Under the pieces are notes generated by a model that worked only from the letters and a program-made list of their open reading frames with translations, was not told the DNA's origin and did not search any database. Positions 44,232 to 55,201 of a DNA stretch of 64,000 nt are shown here, piece by piece; position 1 is the stretch's first letter, and each line of letters starts with the position of its first letter. Made by a program: the position numbers and the translations under genes. Location: contig CAWJTV010000011.1 of assembly GCA_963845755.1 (NCBI GenBank), forward strand, positions 224,001 through 288,000. Direction: 5' to 3'. Source of the DNA: an uncultured Planctomycetota bacterium (GTDB lineage: Bacteria > Planctomycetota > Planctomycetia > Isosphaerales > Isosphaeraceae).

Positions 44232-45194
44232 TCATCGCGTGACCGGGTGCGGCAAGGGCTCGCCGCGGAGGCCGGCGAGGAGATTGTTGACCGAGAGTTC
44301 GGCCATGCGACGGCGGGTCTCGACCGTCGCGCTGCCCAGATGAGGGGTGATGATGACGTGCGGCAGGGTCAGGAGCGGGTGATCGCGGGGCAAGGGTTCG
44401 GGCTCAGTCACGTCGAGGGCCGCGGCGGCGATGCGGTGGCGGGACAGGGCTTCCGTCAGAGCCTCGGTGTCGACGACCGGGCCGCGGGCGATGTTGATCA
44501 GGGTCGCGTCGGGCTTCATCAGGGCGAGCTCGCTCGTGCCGATGAGGCCGCGGGTCTGGTCGGTCAGGGGGACACAGAGCATCACGTAATCCGCCTGGGA
44601 CAACAGGTCGGCCTTGCCGGCGAACCGGACCGACGGGGCCAGGGCGCGCTCGACGTCCTCACGACGATGGCGGTTATGGTAGAGCACCGTCATGTCGAAA
44701 CCGATCGCGCGACGGGCGACCTTTTGGCCAATGTGGCCCATGCCGATGATCCCCAGGGTCTTGCCGTGCACCTCGCGACCCAGCATGTAGCCGGGGTCAT
44801 AGCGCACGAACTCGGCCGAGTGCGCGTATCGGTCTCCCGCGACGATCCGACGCGCCGAGGCCATCAGCAGGGCGAATCCCAGGTCGGCCGTCGCCCCCTC
44901 GAGCACGCCGGGAGTGTTCCCCACCAGGATGCCGCGCGCGGCGGCGTCTGCCAGGTTGATGTGGTCCACGCCCACCCCGTAGTTGCTGATCACCTTCAGA
45001 CCGGGGAGCCGGTCGAGCAGGGCGCCGTCGACGTGGACGTGACCGTAGGTGTAGATCCCCGCCACGGGCTCGTCGCTGCCCGATTCGGCCACCGTCCAGG
45101 GGAGGATCTCGACCTGGCCGTTCAGCAGGCCCTCGATGGTCGCATCCAGGGGGGTGTCCGCGACGACGCGGGGAAATTGTGTACTTGTGCTCAT
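44232..45194 (-). CDS. D-isomer-specific 2-hydroxyacid dehydrogenase (glyoxylate reductase-like)
   Basis: 'GVGVDHI', 'GIIGMGHIG', 'INIARGPVVD', 'LDVTEPEP', 'TPHLGSA'. Confidence 0.95.
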   Translation of the reverse strand: MSTSTQFPRVVADTPLDATIEGLLNGQVEILPWTVAESGSDEPVAGIYTYGHVHVDGALLDRLPGLKVISNYGVGVDHINLADAAARGILVGNTPGVLEGATADLGFALLMASARRIVAGDRYAHSAEFVRYDPGYMLGREVHGKTLGIIGMGHIGQKVARRAIGFDMTVLYHNRHRREDVERALAPSVRFAGKADLLSQADYVMLCVPLTDQTRGLIGTSELALMKPDATLINIARGPVVDTEALTEALSRHRIAAAALDVTEPEPLPRDHPLLTLPHVIITPHLGSATVETRRRMAELSVNNLLAGLRGEPLPHPVTR

Positions 45195-45239
45195 ATCATG
45201 GCCCTATACCCAAGGTGTCTTTCCCGTGTCGCTACGCCT

Positions 45240-45470
45240 TTACTCCTCGAGGTCTCTCAGGTGTTCATCATCGTCCGAGACGACGGTGATGAAGCCCTTG
45301 CCCAGACCAGGGGGTGGTCGCAAGCCGGGTTTCGGCTGTGACGGCGAGTTCACCAACTTGGCCACCGGCTGCTGGTTCTCGGTGATGATGACCTCTTCGC
45401 CCGGAGCCAACTGGTGGATCAACTCCTTCAACTTGGCCTGGGCCTCGTCGATCGTGATCGTCGTGGACAT
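45240..45470 (-). CDS. Phd/YefM-family antitoxin, no adjacent toxin
   Basis: 'ITIDEAQAKLKELI...GEEVIITENQQPVAKLV...GLGKG'. Confidence 0.85.
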   Translation of the reverse strand: MSTTITIDEAQAKLKELIHQLAPGEEVIITENQQPVAKLVNSPSQPKPGLRPPPGLGKGFITVVSDDDEHLRDLEE

Positions 45471-45580
45471 CGGTGTTCCCTCTCTATCGAAGTCGTTCCA
45501 GGCAATCGAGAATCCCGTTATTTCTTGCTCTTCGTTCGAAGCAATCGAGAATCGGAGACCGTTGTAACCGCACCGGGTTA

Positions 45581-45685
45581 TCTCGTTCCCATGCTCTGCG
45601 TGGGAATGCCGTCCTGGCCGCTCTGCGGCCCCGGCGACGCGGAGCGTCGCACCCGGACGTTCCCACGCAGAGCATGGGAACGAGA
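45581..45685. repeat. REPIN-like inverted doublet
   Basis: TCTCGTTCCCATGCTCTGCGTGGGAA ... TTCCCACGCAGAGCATGGGAACGAGA (perfect 26-bp inverted repeat). Confidence 0.9.
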
Positions 45686-45755
45686 ATTCCCCTGGCGTCC
45701 GGAAGAGACCCTCCCTCTTGAGCCCAGTTCCGTTGCGACAGTCTCGAGAATCGTG

Positions 45756-46953
45756 TTATTTCTTGTTCTTCGGCTCCTGACTCGGCGCGGCAGCCAGGCT
45801 GATCGGCAGCGGCTGCGAGCTGGTGGGGTAGCTCCGGCTGAGGAGGATGAGCTGGTCGTGGGTTTGCAGGGGGCCGGCCTCGTCGCCGATGGGGTTGAGC
45901 ATCATCTCGTCGCCGCGCTGGATGCCGATGAGCAAGCAAGAGCGGCGGTCGCTGCGGTACCGGAGGAACGCCTCGCTGAGCTCGGTGAAGTCGCGGCCGA
46001 TCAGGTCCTCTGGGGCCGGCACGAGGAAGACCTCGTTGGCATGGCGGCGGACGGTGAGCAGCTCCTGGTAGAACTCGGACATCCCGTGGAACAGGGCCGA
46101 CCGCGCCAGCAATCGCAATCCCAGGGACTCCGACGACACGACCTCGCTGGCGCCCGCCTTGAGCAGGTGGTGCCGGTTGCCGGGGTTGTGGCACTCGACG
46201 ACGATGTTGGGCTGATGCTCGCCGCGGCAGATCTGGCGGATCGCGATGCAGATCAGGACCGACTTGCCGTCGGCGTGCTTCCCCTCCCGCGCGTCGCTGA
46301 GGACGACGACCGAGTACGCCTTGGGCACGGTGGCCCGTTGGAGGATGACCTCGTTGGTCGGGTCCCCCTTGACGATGTACACGTCGTTGAAGGCGGGGTC
46401 GTCCTGCTTGTCGGGCAGGTCGATCTCGTCGGGATTGTCGTGGATGATCACGATCGGGCGGGGGTCGGCCATGATCTTGTTGTGGACCTCGCGGATCCAC
46501 TCCAGCCCGCGCGTTGAACCAGTTGCAGAGCACCAGGTGGTCGTCCATCTCGAAGTTCGACACGTCACGCCTCCGCAGGTAGCGTTCGACCAGGAGCGAG
46601 GCCACGCTCGCCGTGAACAGGCCGGCCAGCCCGACCCCGGCGACCAGCAAGAACATGGCGGTGGCCCGCCCGGTCGCGGTCTGGGGGGTGTAAGCATCGT
46701 CCAGGCCACTGAAGAGCATCGCCCAGACGCTCCAGAGCGATTCCAGGAAGCTGGAAAAGCCCGAGGTCGTCCGGTGCTCGGCGAAATAGAGGACCACCGC
46801 GCCGGTCAGCCAGGTGACGATCAATCCCAGGATCACCCGGCCGACCTGGTAACGGTTCCAGCTTGTCAGCATCGCCAGCAACGTCAGGCGCCAACTCTTC
46901 CGCTTGGCGGGGCTCCGGGCCGGGCGGCGAGGGCGACGTCGCGATCGAGGCAT
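45756..46953 (-). CDS. 2-TM ion-channel protein with RCK/TrkA-N and TrkA-C domains (frameshift near 46517)
   Basis: TM-pore-TM, then 'HLVLCNW', 'VKGDPTNEVILQRA', 'LLKAGASEVV', 'LIGIQRG...NP'. Confidence 0.85.
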
Positions 46954-47089
46954 CGAGCGGAAGACTCCCGAGAGCGCTTCTCTCCGTGAACGGGGCGATG
47001 TCGGAACGGGCTCTCGTCCCCCGGACAGGGTATCGCGAAAGTCGATCGGGAGACAAGCAAAACTTATGCCGAACGCTTGGTGCGGTTCC

Positions 47090-47358
47090 TCAGCGGTCAT
47101 CCTCCGGCGCCGAATCGCCGAGGATTGTCGCCCAATGTCCCTTCAGGTGGCTCTTCAGCCCAGGGTCGCGACGGCAGACAATGCGAAGCGGGCGGCCACT
47201 TCAAGGGCCTCGCCTTCTCCCTCAATGCGGTAGACCGAAAGTCCCTCTTCGCCCACGTCGAGTCTCAAGTCCCGCGACGCCTCCGCCACGTCTTCGGGGC
47301 GTCCCGCGTCCCGCTCGATGCTCCAACGGCGGAGGCGGCCCACTCTCAGGAGATACAC
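47090..47358 (-). CDS. Small hypothetical protein coupled to HEAT-repeat gene (probable frameshift near 47183)
   Basis: GAGGAG before GTG 47358, overlapping the upstream stop. 'YLLRV...DLRL...GLSVYRI'. Confidence 0.45.
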
Positions 47359-47930
47359 GGCGTCTCCTCGACCGTGCTGGAGACTTCCAGCTCATCCTCG
47401 ATCGTCAGCCTGACCTCGTGATCCGATTCGTCGCGAAGCCGGCGAGTCAGCCAGACCTTCGCACGGATGCGGAGGAATCACGCGCAAGCGCGGGAGGCCG
47501 CTTCCCGCAGCTCCGGATCCTCATCAAAGAGATATTGCACCAGGATCAGCTCGATCCGAAGGTCTTGCGTCTCTTGTTGATCGCCAAGCCAGCCCAGGGC
47601 CCAGAGTAATGCCAGTGATTGACCACTTGTGGGCTCGGCCTGGAGCGTCTCCAGGATCGGACCCAAGCTCGCCATACCGAGATCGGCCAGCATCGAGGCC
47701 GCGCCGCGGAGGCGGTCGTCCTGCGGCTCCTCGCGAATCCTGGCGACCAACCACGCGATGCCCGCGAACCCCGACTCGTGCCAGAATCGGCGCGATTCCG
47801 CCTGAGCCTCGGCCGAGGCATCGGAACCTTTCCAGCGCCCCAATTTCTGATAGTGGTCCTCGGCCACCTCCGGCAGGATTGGCATCACCTCGACCATCGT
47901 GTTTCGGTTCTCCGCGTGCTCACCGCTCAT
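47346..47930 (-). CDS. HEAT-repeat-like helical protein (frameshifts near 47470-47490)
   Basis: GGAGG before ATG 47930. 'LFDEDPELREAASRA', 'LRDESDHEVRLTI'. Confidence 0.6.
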
Positions 47931-48205
47931 AACCGCCTCCTCCGGCCGAGCCGGCCGCAACCAAGGCGCCCGCTGCGCTTCTACTGAGTATATCAGAGAG
48001 CCTGAGCCTCGTCGTGATCCGATCGCTCCTCGGTCGCCTCGGATCGTATCCGCGCTTTCCCACGAGCCGTCCGCCTTCGAGAAACTTGAATCCCGATCCC
48101 GCATACCGTTATGATTCGATGGGCGACGTCTCAGGAGGTTCACCACACAACGCCCCGTGACAAGGCTCCCGCGTTGTTTGCTTTACGGCTGATCGGGAAA
48201 ACACA

Positions 48206-48488
48206 ATGGACCCCTTGCACTCGACGCCCCACGCCAGCCCGAACGACACCGATCCGCGCATCGAGGCGCTGCTGATCGAGGGGTATCGCCGGATGTCACC
48301 GGCTCAGAAGCTCGAACGCGTTCGCGCGCTCGACTCGCGCCGTGCAGGAGCTGGCGCTGATGGACATCCGGCGGAAGCACCCCGAGGCGGACGAGCGGGA
48401 GCAGGCGCTGCGCCTCGCATCGCGCTGGATCGAGCCGGACCTGATGCTCCGTGCGTTCGGGTGGGATGTCCGGAAGGTCGGGTACTGA
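48206..48488 (+). CDS. Small antitoxin-like protein (frameshift near 48331)
   Basis: 'DTDPRIEALLIEGYRRMSPAQKL' continuing in another frame as 'IRRKHPEADEREQALRLASRW...GY*'. TGATG overlap with the next gene. Confidence 0.7.
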
Positions 48489-49069
48489 TGCTTTCCGAGC
48501 CGCTGCTCGTGATCGCGAGGCTGGCGCGTGCGTTCGATGAGCTGGGGATCCGCTACCTGGTCGGAGGTTCGTTCGCCAGCTCGGTCTATGGGGTTCCCCG
48601 CGCCACGCAGGATGTCGACCTCGTCGCGGACATCGGACTGGGTCACGTCGAGGCGCTCATCAGTGCACTCGCGGACGAGTTCTATATCGATGCCGGCATG
48701 ATCCGAGATGGGATCCGAAGGCGGGCGTCGTTCAACGTCGTGCACCTCGCGACCATGTTCAAGGCTGATATTTTCATCGTTCGAGACGACCCCTGGTCGC
48801 ACGAGGAGATGTCGCGGGCCAGGATCGAGCCGTTTGACATGCCGGAAGGCCAAGCGAGCATTCGCTTCGCCAGCGCCGAGGACACTGTGCTGCACAAGCT
48901 GGTCTGGTACAGGCTCGGCAACGAAGTCTCGGATCGGCAGTGGGGCGATATTCTTGGAGTGCTCAAAGTGCAGGCCGATTCGCTGGATCGTGAGTACCTC
49001 GATCGCTGGGCGCGGGTACTCGACGTCCTGGACCTGCTGGATCGCGCAAGGCAGCCCGTATCGGCATAG
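48488..49069 (+). CDS. Pol-beta-superfamily nucleotidyltransferase (DUF6036/AbiEii-like)
   Basis: 'YLVGGSFASSVYGVPRATQDVDLV', 'KADIF', 'SAEDTVLHKL', 'RQWGDI'. Confidence 0.85.
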   Translation: MLSEPLLVIARLARAFDELGIRYLVGGSFASSVYGVPRATQDVDLVADIGLGHVEALISALADEFYIDAGMIRDGIRRRASFNVVHLATMFKADIFIVRDDPWSHEEMSRARIEPFDMPEGQASIRFASAEDTVLHKLVWYRLGNEVSDRQWGDILGVLKVQADSLDREYLDRWARVLDVLDLLDRARQPVSA

Positions 49070-49342
49070 ATCGGAAAATCGCGCCGCCCGGCCTGAAGGT
49101 CAGAGCCGGCTGCGGCGCGGTCGCGCCTTTCGCCCCAGCCGCTGGCTGTCCGGCCAGGTGGCCCAATTCGCTCCGGTCAAAGTCACTCGCGACGCGACCG
49201 CTTCCTTCAATATCTGGAGGACGGCGTCGATTTCGTGTTGAGAAAAGGTTAAACTTTCGATTAATCTTCGGGGGAGGTAACGCGCATCCAGGTGGGCCGC
49301 GGGGAGTCGCGGTCGACCCGGTTTCGACCCACGAGCACAGCC

Positions 49343-51952
49343 ATGAGAAATCGGAGTCCCGGGGCAACGATCGTGGCGGTCATGACGGCCTGGCTCGTCG
49401 TGATGGGCTTACCCGCTCACGCTCGGCCGCCGCACAAGAAGGCGCTGGCCGATTATCTCGGCCCGGGCCTGGCGCGGAAGCTCAACGACTGCCGGACCTG
49501 CCACGTCGTGCCCGAGGAGGGTGCCGACGCCTCGGAGGAGGATCGGCCGCACAACGCGTTCGGCAAGCGGCTCAAGGCGGTCAGGACGCAGCTCAAGAAG
49601 GCCGGCAAGCCTTCGGGCATCCCGGCGCGGATCCAGGCGGTCGCGGGCGAGGATAGCGATGGCGACGGCGTGTCGAACCTCCTCGAGTTGGTCACCGGCC
49701 ACTTCCCCGGCGAGGCCGAGGATACGCCGGCCACCGCCGAGCTGGCCCGGGGCCGTGCGATCGTCGCGGCGCTCGAGCGGGCCCAGAGCGGGTATCCGTG
49801 GAACCCATTCGAGCGGGTCAGTCGTCCGGGCGTCCCCTCGGTCCGATCCCGAGACTGGGTGCGCAACCCGATCGATGCGTTCATCGCCGTTGAGCATGAA
49901 TCCCGCGGCCTGATCCCTCGACCCGAGGCGAGCCGGCCGGTGCTCCTGCGACGGTTGTATCTCGACCTGATCGGTCTGCCTCCCACACCCGATGATCTTC
50001 ATGCCTTCCTCGACGACAAATCTTCCGACGCCTATGAGAAAGTCGTGGAACGCCTGCTGGCCAGCCCGCGGTATGGCGAACGCTGGGGCCGGCACTGGAT
50101 GGACGTCTGGCGATACAGCGACTGGGCCGGCTGGGGCAAGCAGGTCCGCGACAGCCAGCCGCACATCTGGCACTGGCGCGACTGGATCGTCGAGTCGCTC
50201 AACGGCGACAAGCCCTATGATGACATGGTCGTGGAGATGCTGGCCGCCGATGAGGCGCGACCCGATGACCTGGACGCCCTCCGCGCCACCGGCTATCTCG
50301 CGCGGAACTTCAAGCTGCTCAGCCGCGAGAAGTGGATGCAGGACGTGGTCGACCACACCGGTCAGGCGTTCCTGGGCGTGACCATCGGTTGCGCGCGATG
50401 TCATGATCACATGTACGATCCAATCCTCCAGAAGGAATACTATCAGATCCGCGCGATCTTCGAGCCGCATCAGGTGCGGATCGACCGCGCTCCCGGCGTG
50501 CTCGACACCGCCCAGGACGGCATCCCGCGCGCCTACGATGCGCAGCTCGATGCCAGGACGCTCTTGTTCGTCCGCGGCGACGATCGCAACCCGACCGGCA
50601 AGCCGCTCTCGCCCGGCGTGCCCGAATCCCTGGGCGGCTCGTATGACGTCCAACCTGTCACGATGCCCCTGGCCGCCATCACCCCGGACCGTCGCAAGGA
50701 CGTGATCCAGACCCAGCTCGACGCGAGCCAGGAAGCACTGGCCCGGGCGATCGTCGCGCTCGAACAACTCACGCGAACCGCGAAGGACGCCGAGACGCTC
50801 GAGCCGGCCCGGCTCGACGTCGACCTGGCCCGGGCGCAACTCACCGCCCAGCGCGCGGTCGATCGGGCCGAGTCGCTGGTCGAGCAGGGGAAGAAGAGTT
50901 CAACGGAGTGGACGAAGGCCGCCATGGCGGCAGTCGCGGCCCAGCGCGATCTGGCGGTCGCCCAGGCGCATCGGGCGGTCGGCGCGGCGCGGCAGGCGCG
51001 GAAGCGGGCCAAACCGGATCAGCGGACGAAGACCGACACGGCTCTGAACGAGGCCCTCAAGGCCCTCGTCGGCGCCCAGGCGGAACTCAAGAAACCGGCC
51101 AGCACGAATTACACGGTTCCCCAGCGGACGACGTATCCCGCCACCAGCACGGGCCGGCGGCTGGCCTTCGCCCGCTGGATCGCCGATGAGTCGAACCCGT
51201 TGACGGCGCGGGTGGCCGTCAACCAGATCTGGGGCCGCCACTTCGAACGTGCGATCGTGCCGACGGTGAACGACTTCGGCCGCAACGGCCAGCGCCTTCC
51301 CATCCGGTGCTGCTCGACTGGCTGGCCGCCGAGTTGATGGACGGCGGCTGGAGCATGAAGGCCATCCATCGCTTAATCGTCACCAGTGCCACGTATCGCC
51401 AGGATTCGAAGCCCGATCCGGCCGACCTCGCGCGCGACCCGGACAATGTCTTCCTCTGGCGATGGACCCCGCGCCGCGCCGAGGCCGAAGTCGTCCGCGA
51501 CTGCGTCTTCGCCGTCGCCGGGGCCCTCGACTCGACCATGGGCGGCCCGGACATCGACCACCAGGCCGGCTTGACCGTCCCCCGGCGCAGCGTGTATTTC
51601 CAGCACGCCGCCGAGAAGCAGATGGAGTTCCTCCAGATCTTCGACGCCGCCGGGGTGACCGAGTGCTACCGCAGGAAGGAGAGCATCCTGCCCCAGCAGG
51701 CCCTGGCCCTGGCCAACAGCGAGCTTTCGCTGCGCATTGCGCGCCGGCTTGCGAAGGCACTCTCCGATGATGCCGGCTCCGACGCGTCCGGGTTCGTCAC
51801 GGCCGCGTTCGAACAGGTGCTCTCGCGCCCGCCGACGGATTCCGAACGCGCCGAGTGCCTGCGCTATCTCGGCCAGGACAATCGTCGCACGCCGACGCGA
51901 AAGCCTCGTCCATGTGCTGCTCAACCACCATGACTTCGTCACGATTCGATGA
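49343..51952 (+). CDS. Planctomycete cytochrome-c/DUF1549/DUF1553 protein (frameshifts near 51295 and 51885)
   Basis: CRTCH and CARCH haem motifs. 'NPIDAFI', 'YGERWGRHWMD', 'NPLTARVAVN', 'LLDWLA', 'SATYRQ'. Confidence 0.9.
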
Positions 51953-51987
51953 CCAGTGAGGTTCGGGGACTCTGGCAGAACGTGGGG

Positions 51988-52102
51988 TTCGAATTCCGGA
52001 TTCCGGATTCGAATTGAGTTCGGATTCGAGATTCCGGATTCGAGATTCCGGATTCGAGATTTATCAAATCAACTATTTTTGAATATTGAATATTGAATCC
52101 AA
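51988..52102. repeat. Intergenic 7-bp tandem repeats (TTCCGGA/TTCGAGA, then TTGAATA)
   Basis: About 10 imperfect heptamers followed by ttgaata ttgaata ttgaatc. Confidence 0.85.
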
Positions 52103-52152
52103 GATTCCCGAAGTGACGCGTAAGGCCCAGCAATCCTACGGAGGAAGATGCG

Positions 52153-53599
52153 ATGGGGACCCGAACACGTTGCCGGACACGCCGGTCCTTCCTGGCCGAT
52201 ACGGGCATGGGATTCACCGGGCTGGCGCTCGGCGCGATGCTGGCTCGGGACGGGATCGCGCGCGGCGAGACGGTTGCCGACCGCGCAGCTCATGCCGGAG
52301 GCGAAGGCCAAGGCGGTCATCTGGATCTTTCTCTGCGGCGGGGTCAGTCACGTCGAGAGCTTCGATCCCAAGCCCGAGCTCGATCGCTATGCGGGCAAGT
52401 CGATCGATACCACGCCGTACAAGGACGTGTTGAATCCATCGCGATTGAAGGACATCGTCTCGGGGAATCCGCAACACGGCGGCCGCAAGATCCTGATGGG
52501 GTTGAACACCGGCTTCCAGAGATATGGCGAGAGCGGCCTGGCCGTCGGCGATTGGTGGCGACACGTCGGCTCGTGTGCCGACGAGATCGCGGTCGTGCGC
52601 TCGCTCTGGACCTCGGACAACGACCACGGGGCGCAGCTCCAGTTCCACACGGGCCGGCACGTCCGGGAAGGCGCCCATCCGACGATCGGCTCGTGGATCT
52701 CCTATGGCCTGGGGACGCTGAACGAGGACCTGCCGGAATACGTCGTGCTCGGCGAGCCGACGGGCGATTGCTGCGGCGGCTCGTGGACTCATGGCGCGGC
52801 GTACCTGGGGCCGGAGCACGCCGGGGTCCGGCTCAACCCGGATGGCAAGGAGCCGCTGCCGTTCGTGACGCCGGGCGCGGGCCTGAGCGCCGAGGATCAG
52901 GTCGCCGAGTTCGGCCTGCTGGGCCGGCTCAATCGCCTGGCGGGCATCGACTACCCCGACGACCCGGCGCTGCGGGCGCGGATCAAGGCGTACGAGCTGG
53001 CCTTCGGCATGCAGACGGCCGTGCCCGAGACGCTGAAGCTAGGTGAGGAGGACGCGTCGACGCAGGCACTCTACGGCCTGGACCACGACGCGACCCGCTC
53101 CTTCGGGCGCCTCTGCCTGGCCGCGCGCCGAATGGTCGAGCGCGGGGTGCGGTTCGTCCAGCTCTTCCACGGCGGCGGCGGGGGCGGCGCCTGGGACGCG
53201 CACGCCGGAATCCGCGCCAACCACGGCCAGCTCTCGGCGCAGGTCGATTTACCGATCGCCGGCTTATTGAGGGACCTGAAGCGCCGCGGGATGCTCGATG
53301 AGACGATCGTCGTCTGGGGCACCGAGTTCGGCCGCTCGCCGGGCGCCCAGGCCGACGGCCGCGACCACCACCCGCAGGGCTTCTGCGCGTGGCTGGCCGG
53401 CGGCGGCATCAAGGGGGGCATCGTCCACGGCGCCACGGACGAGATCGGCTTCCATGCCGTCGAGGACCGGCATTATGTCACGGATATCCACGCCACGGTC
53501 CTGCATCAACTCGGCCTGGATCCCCGCAAGCTCGAGGTACCCGGCCGCAAGCGGCTCGAGATCGATTACGGCCAGCCGATTCGCGGAATCCTCGCTTGA
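52153..53599 (+). CDS. DUF1501 protein with Tat signal (frameshift near 52280)
   Basis: 'TRRSFL' twin-Arg. 'GGVSHVESFDPKP', 'ARRMVERGVRFVQL', 'WDAH', 'TEFGRSP', 'GRDHH'. Confidence 0.9.
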
Positions 53600-53801
53600 T
53601 AGGTTCATCACGTATAGTTGGGGCAACCAGCAGGGTACGGAGTTCCTGGTCGAGGCGGTTCACGACGGACCCCTGGCCGGTTTCCTGCGGGGATTCTTCC
53701 CCTGATCGAACGGGTGGGCTCCATCAAGATCCCGAGCGGGAGTTCGGCCATCGGGAAATCCACGTCGTCGTGTCATCCGCATGAGCGTGAGGAAAGGCAG
53801 A

Positions 53802-54770
53802 TCAGCCTGTTATCGGGATCCGGCGGGGACTCGGGTGCGCCTTCCAGGTATCGAGGCTGCCTGAGTCGCCGTCATGGAGGACGTCGAACCGCATTGGCCG
53901 GCCGGTGCCTGGAGATCGACAGACGACCACGTACGAGTTGCCGGCAACTTGCCAGCGACCCTCGCGGACCACCAGCGCCGTGGCCTCGTCGATGGCCACT
54001 CCCGCCAGGTCAGGGTGATCGGCCAGGACGCCGAGGAGGCGGTTGATCCGGCTGCGTCGAAGCGCGTGCTGATCGACGATGACGTCGGGCAAGAAGCCGA
54101 ACCCCCTGCCAACAGTGGCCCTGTCCTGGCCGCCGGTGATCATCACGCGGGACATGAGCGCGGCGCCGGCCGACGTGCCGCCGATGACCCCGCCGCGATC
54201 GAGCACGCGGCGCAGGGCTCGCTCGACCTCGGTGTCGAGATAGACCTCCGTCACGCGCGACTGGTCCCCGCCGCTGAACCAGACCCCCGTGGCCTCGTCG
54301 AGAGCCCGGGCGAACGCCGGTTCGTCGGCCTTGGCCCGCGAGCGGGTGTGGAGCATGGTCACCGAAGCCACACCCTGCTTGATCCAGGGCTCCAGGAACT
54401 CGGCGCGCTCGGCAGCCGTCCCATCGGCGGAGCTGCTCGCCGTGGGGATCACCACGATCTTCGCCGGTCGCCCACCCGCGAGTTCGATGAACGTCCGCCG
54501 TACCTTGTCCGGGAGTCCTCCGCCACCGCAGATCACCAGGGCCCCTCGTTGCTGGGGAGTCTGGTGGGCCGGCGCCGCCACCCGCCTGGCCGCCTGGAGG
54601 CCCTCGCCGTCCTTCGCCAGAGCTCCATTGGATCCGGATGTCGTCAGGATCAACGCGATCAGACAGAGCCATGACCCAGGGCCGGTTAACGGATGTTGCG
54701 ACGGCCAAGCCCATCCGGCGAGGTCCTGCCGTACCGCCCTCGCCCCCGGGAACGTTCGATCGTCGATCAC
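53802..54770 (-). CDS. cphB: Cyanophycinase / peptidase S51
   Basis: 'LVICGGG', 'VIPTAS', 'WFSGGDQ', 'GGTSAGA', 'VDQH', 'IDEATAL'. Confidence 0.8.
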   Translation of the reverse strand: MIDDRTFPGARAVRQDLAGWAWPSQHPLTGPGSWLCLIALILTTSGSNGALAKDGEGLQAARRVAAPAHQTPQQRGALVICGGGGLPDKVRRTFIELAGGRPAKIVVIPTASSSADGTAAERAEFLEPWIKQGVASVTMLHTRSRAKADEPAFARALDEATGVWFSGGDQSRVTEVYLDTEVERALRRVLDRGGVIGGTSAGAALMSRVMITGGQDRATVGRGFGFLPDVIVDQHALRRSRINRLLGVLADHPDLAGVAIDEATALVVREGRWQVAGNSYVVVCRSPGTGRPMRFDVLHDGDSGSLDTWKAHPSPRRIPITG

Positions 54771-55201
54771 TGTCGGTCCTCCCTCGCGCCCGCAGCTTGT
54801 CCGGATCCTCAAGGCTCGGCTTGAGCCATCCAGAAAAGAGACCGGTCACGTATTATACTTGACGTGGCCCGAACCGATATGTTCTAACGGTACCGATCAA
54901 GCAAGCATTCGACGCGATTCCGGCAGATCGATGCAGTCGCACTCTATCCACCTCTCCCCGGATATGGACTCGGATGCGCATCTCGATACCGATCGGATCT
55001 CATGACGAGTTGCTCGTGGATGCGACATTCCCTAGCAGGCCCGAATCCGGTCCCGGCGCCTCGCAAGGGTTCGTCGGGACCGAGAACTGAGGACGCGAGC
55101 GCGTGAGCCGTTGCGCAGCCCCGGTTCCGAAAGACGCCCCACGGTCACTCGCTCCGTACCGATCATCCGATTCCCCGCAGCCCTCTACCGAGGTTTCCAT
55201 C

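Noticed and set aside
48206..49069. Apparent 287-aa antitoxin-NTase fusion
   Set aside because: Frameshift near 48331. The corrected upstream gene ends at the TGATG overlap (48486-48490).
51988..52102. Heptamer tract as a mini-CRISPR
   Set aside because: Contiguous 7-bp units with no spacers.
53660..53785. Minus-strand 'MRMTRRRGF' resembling a prepilin leader
   Set aside because: Not followed by TLIELL or a hydrophobic helix; too short to call.
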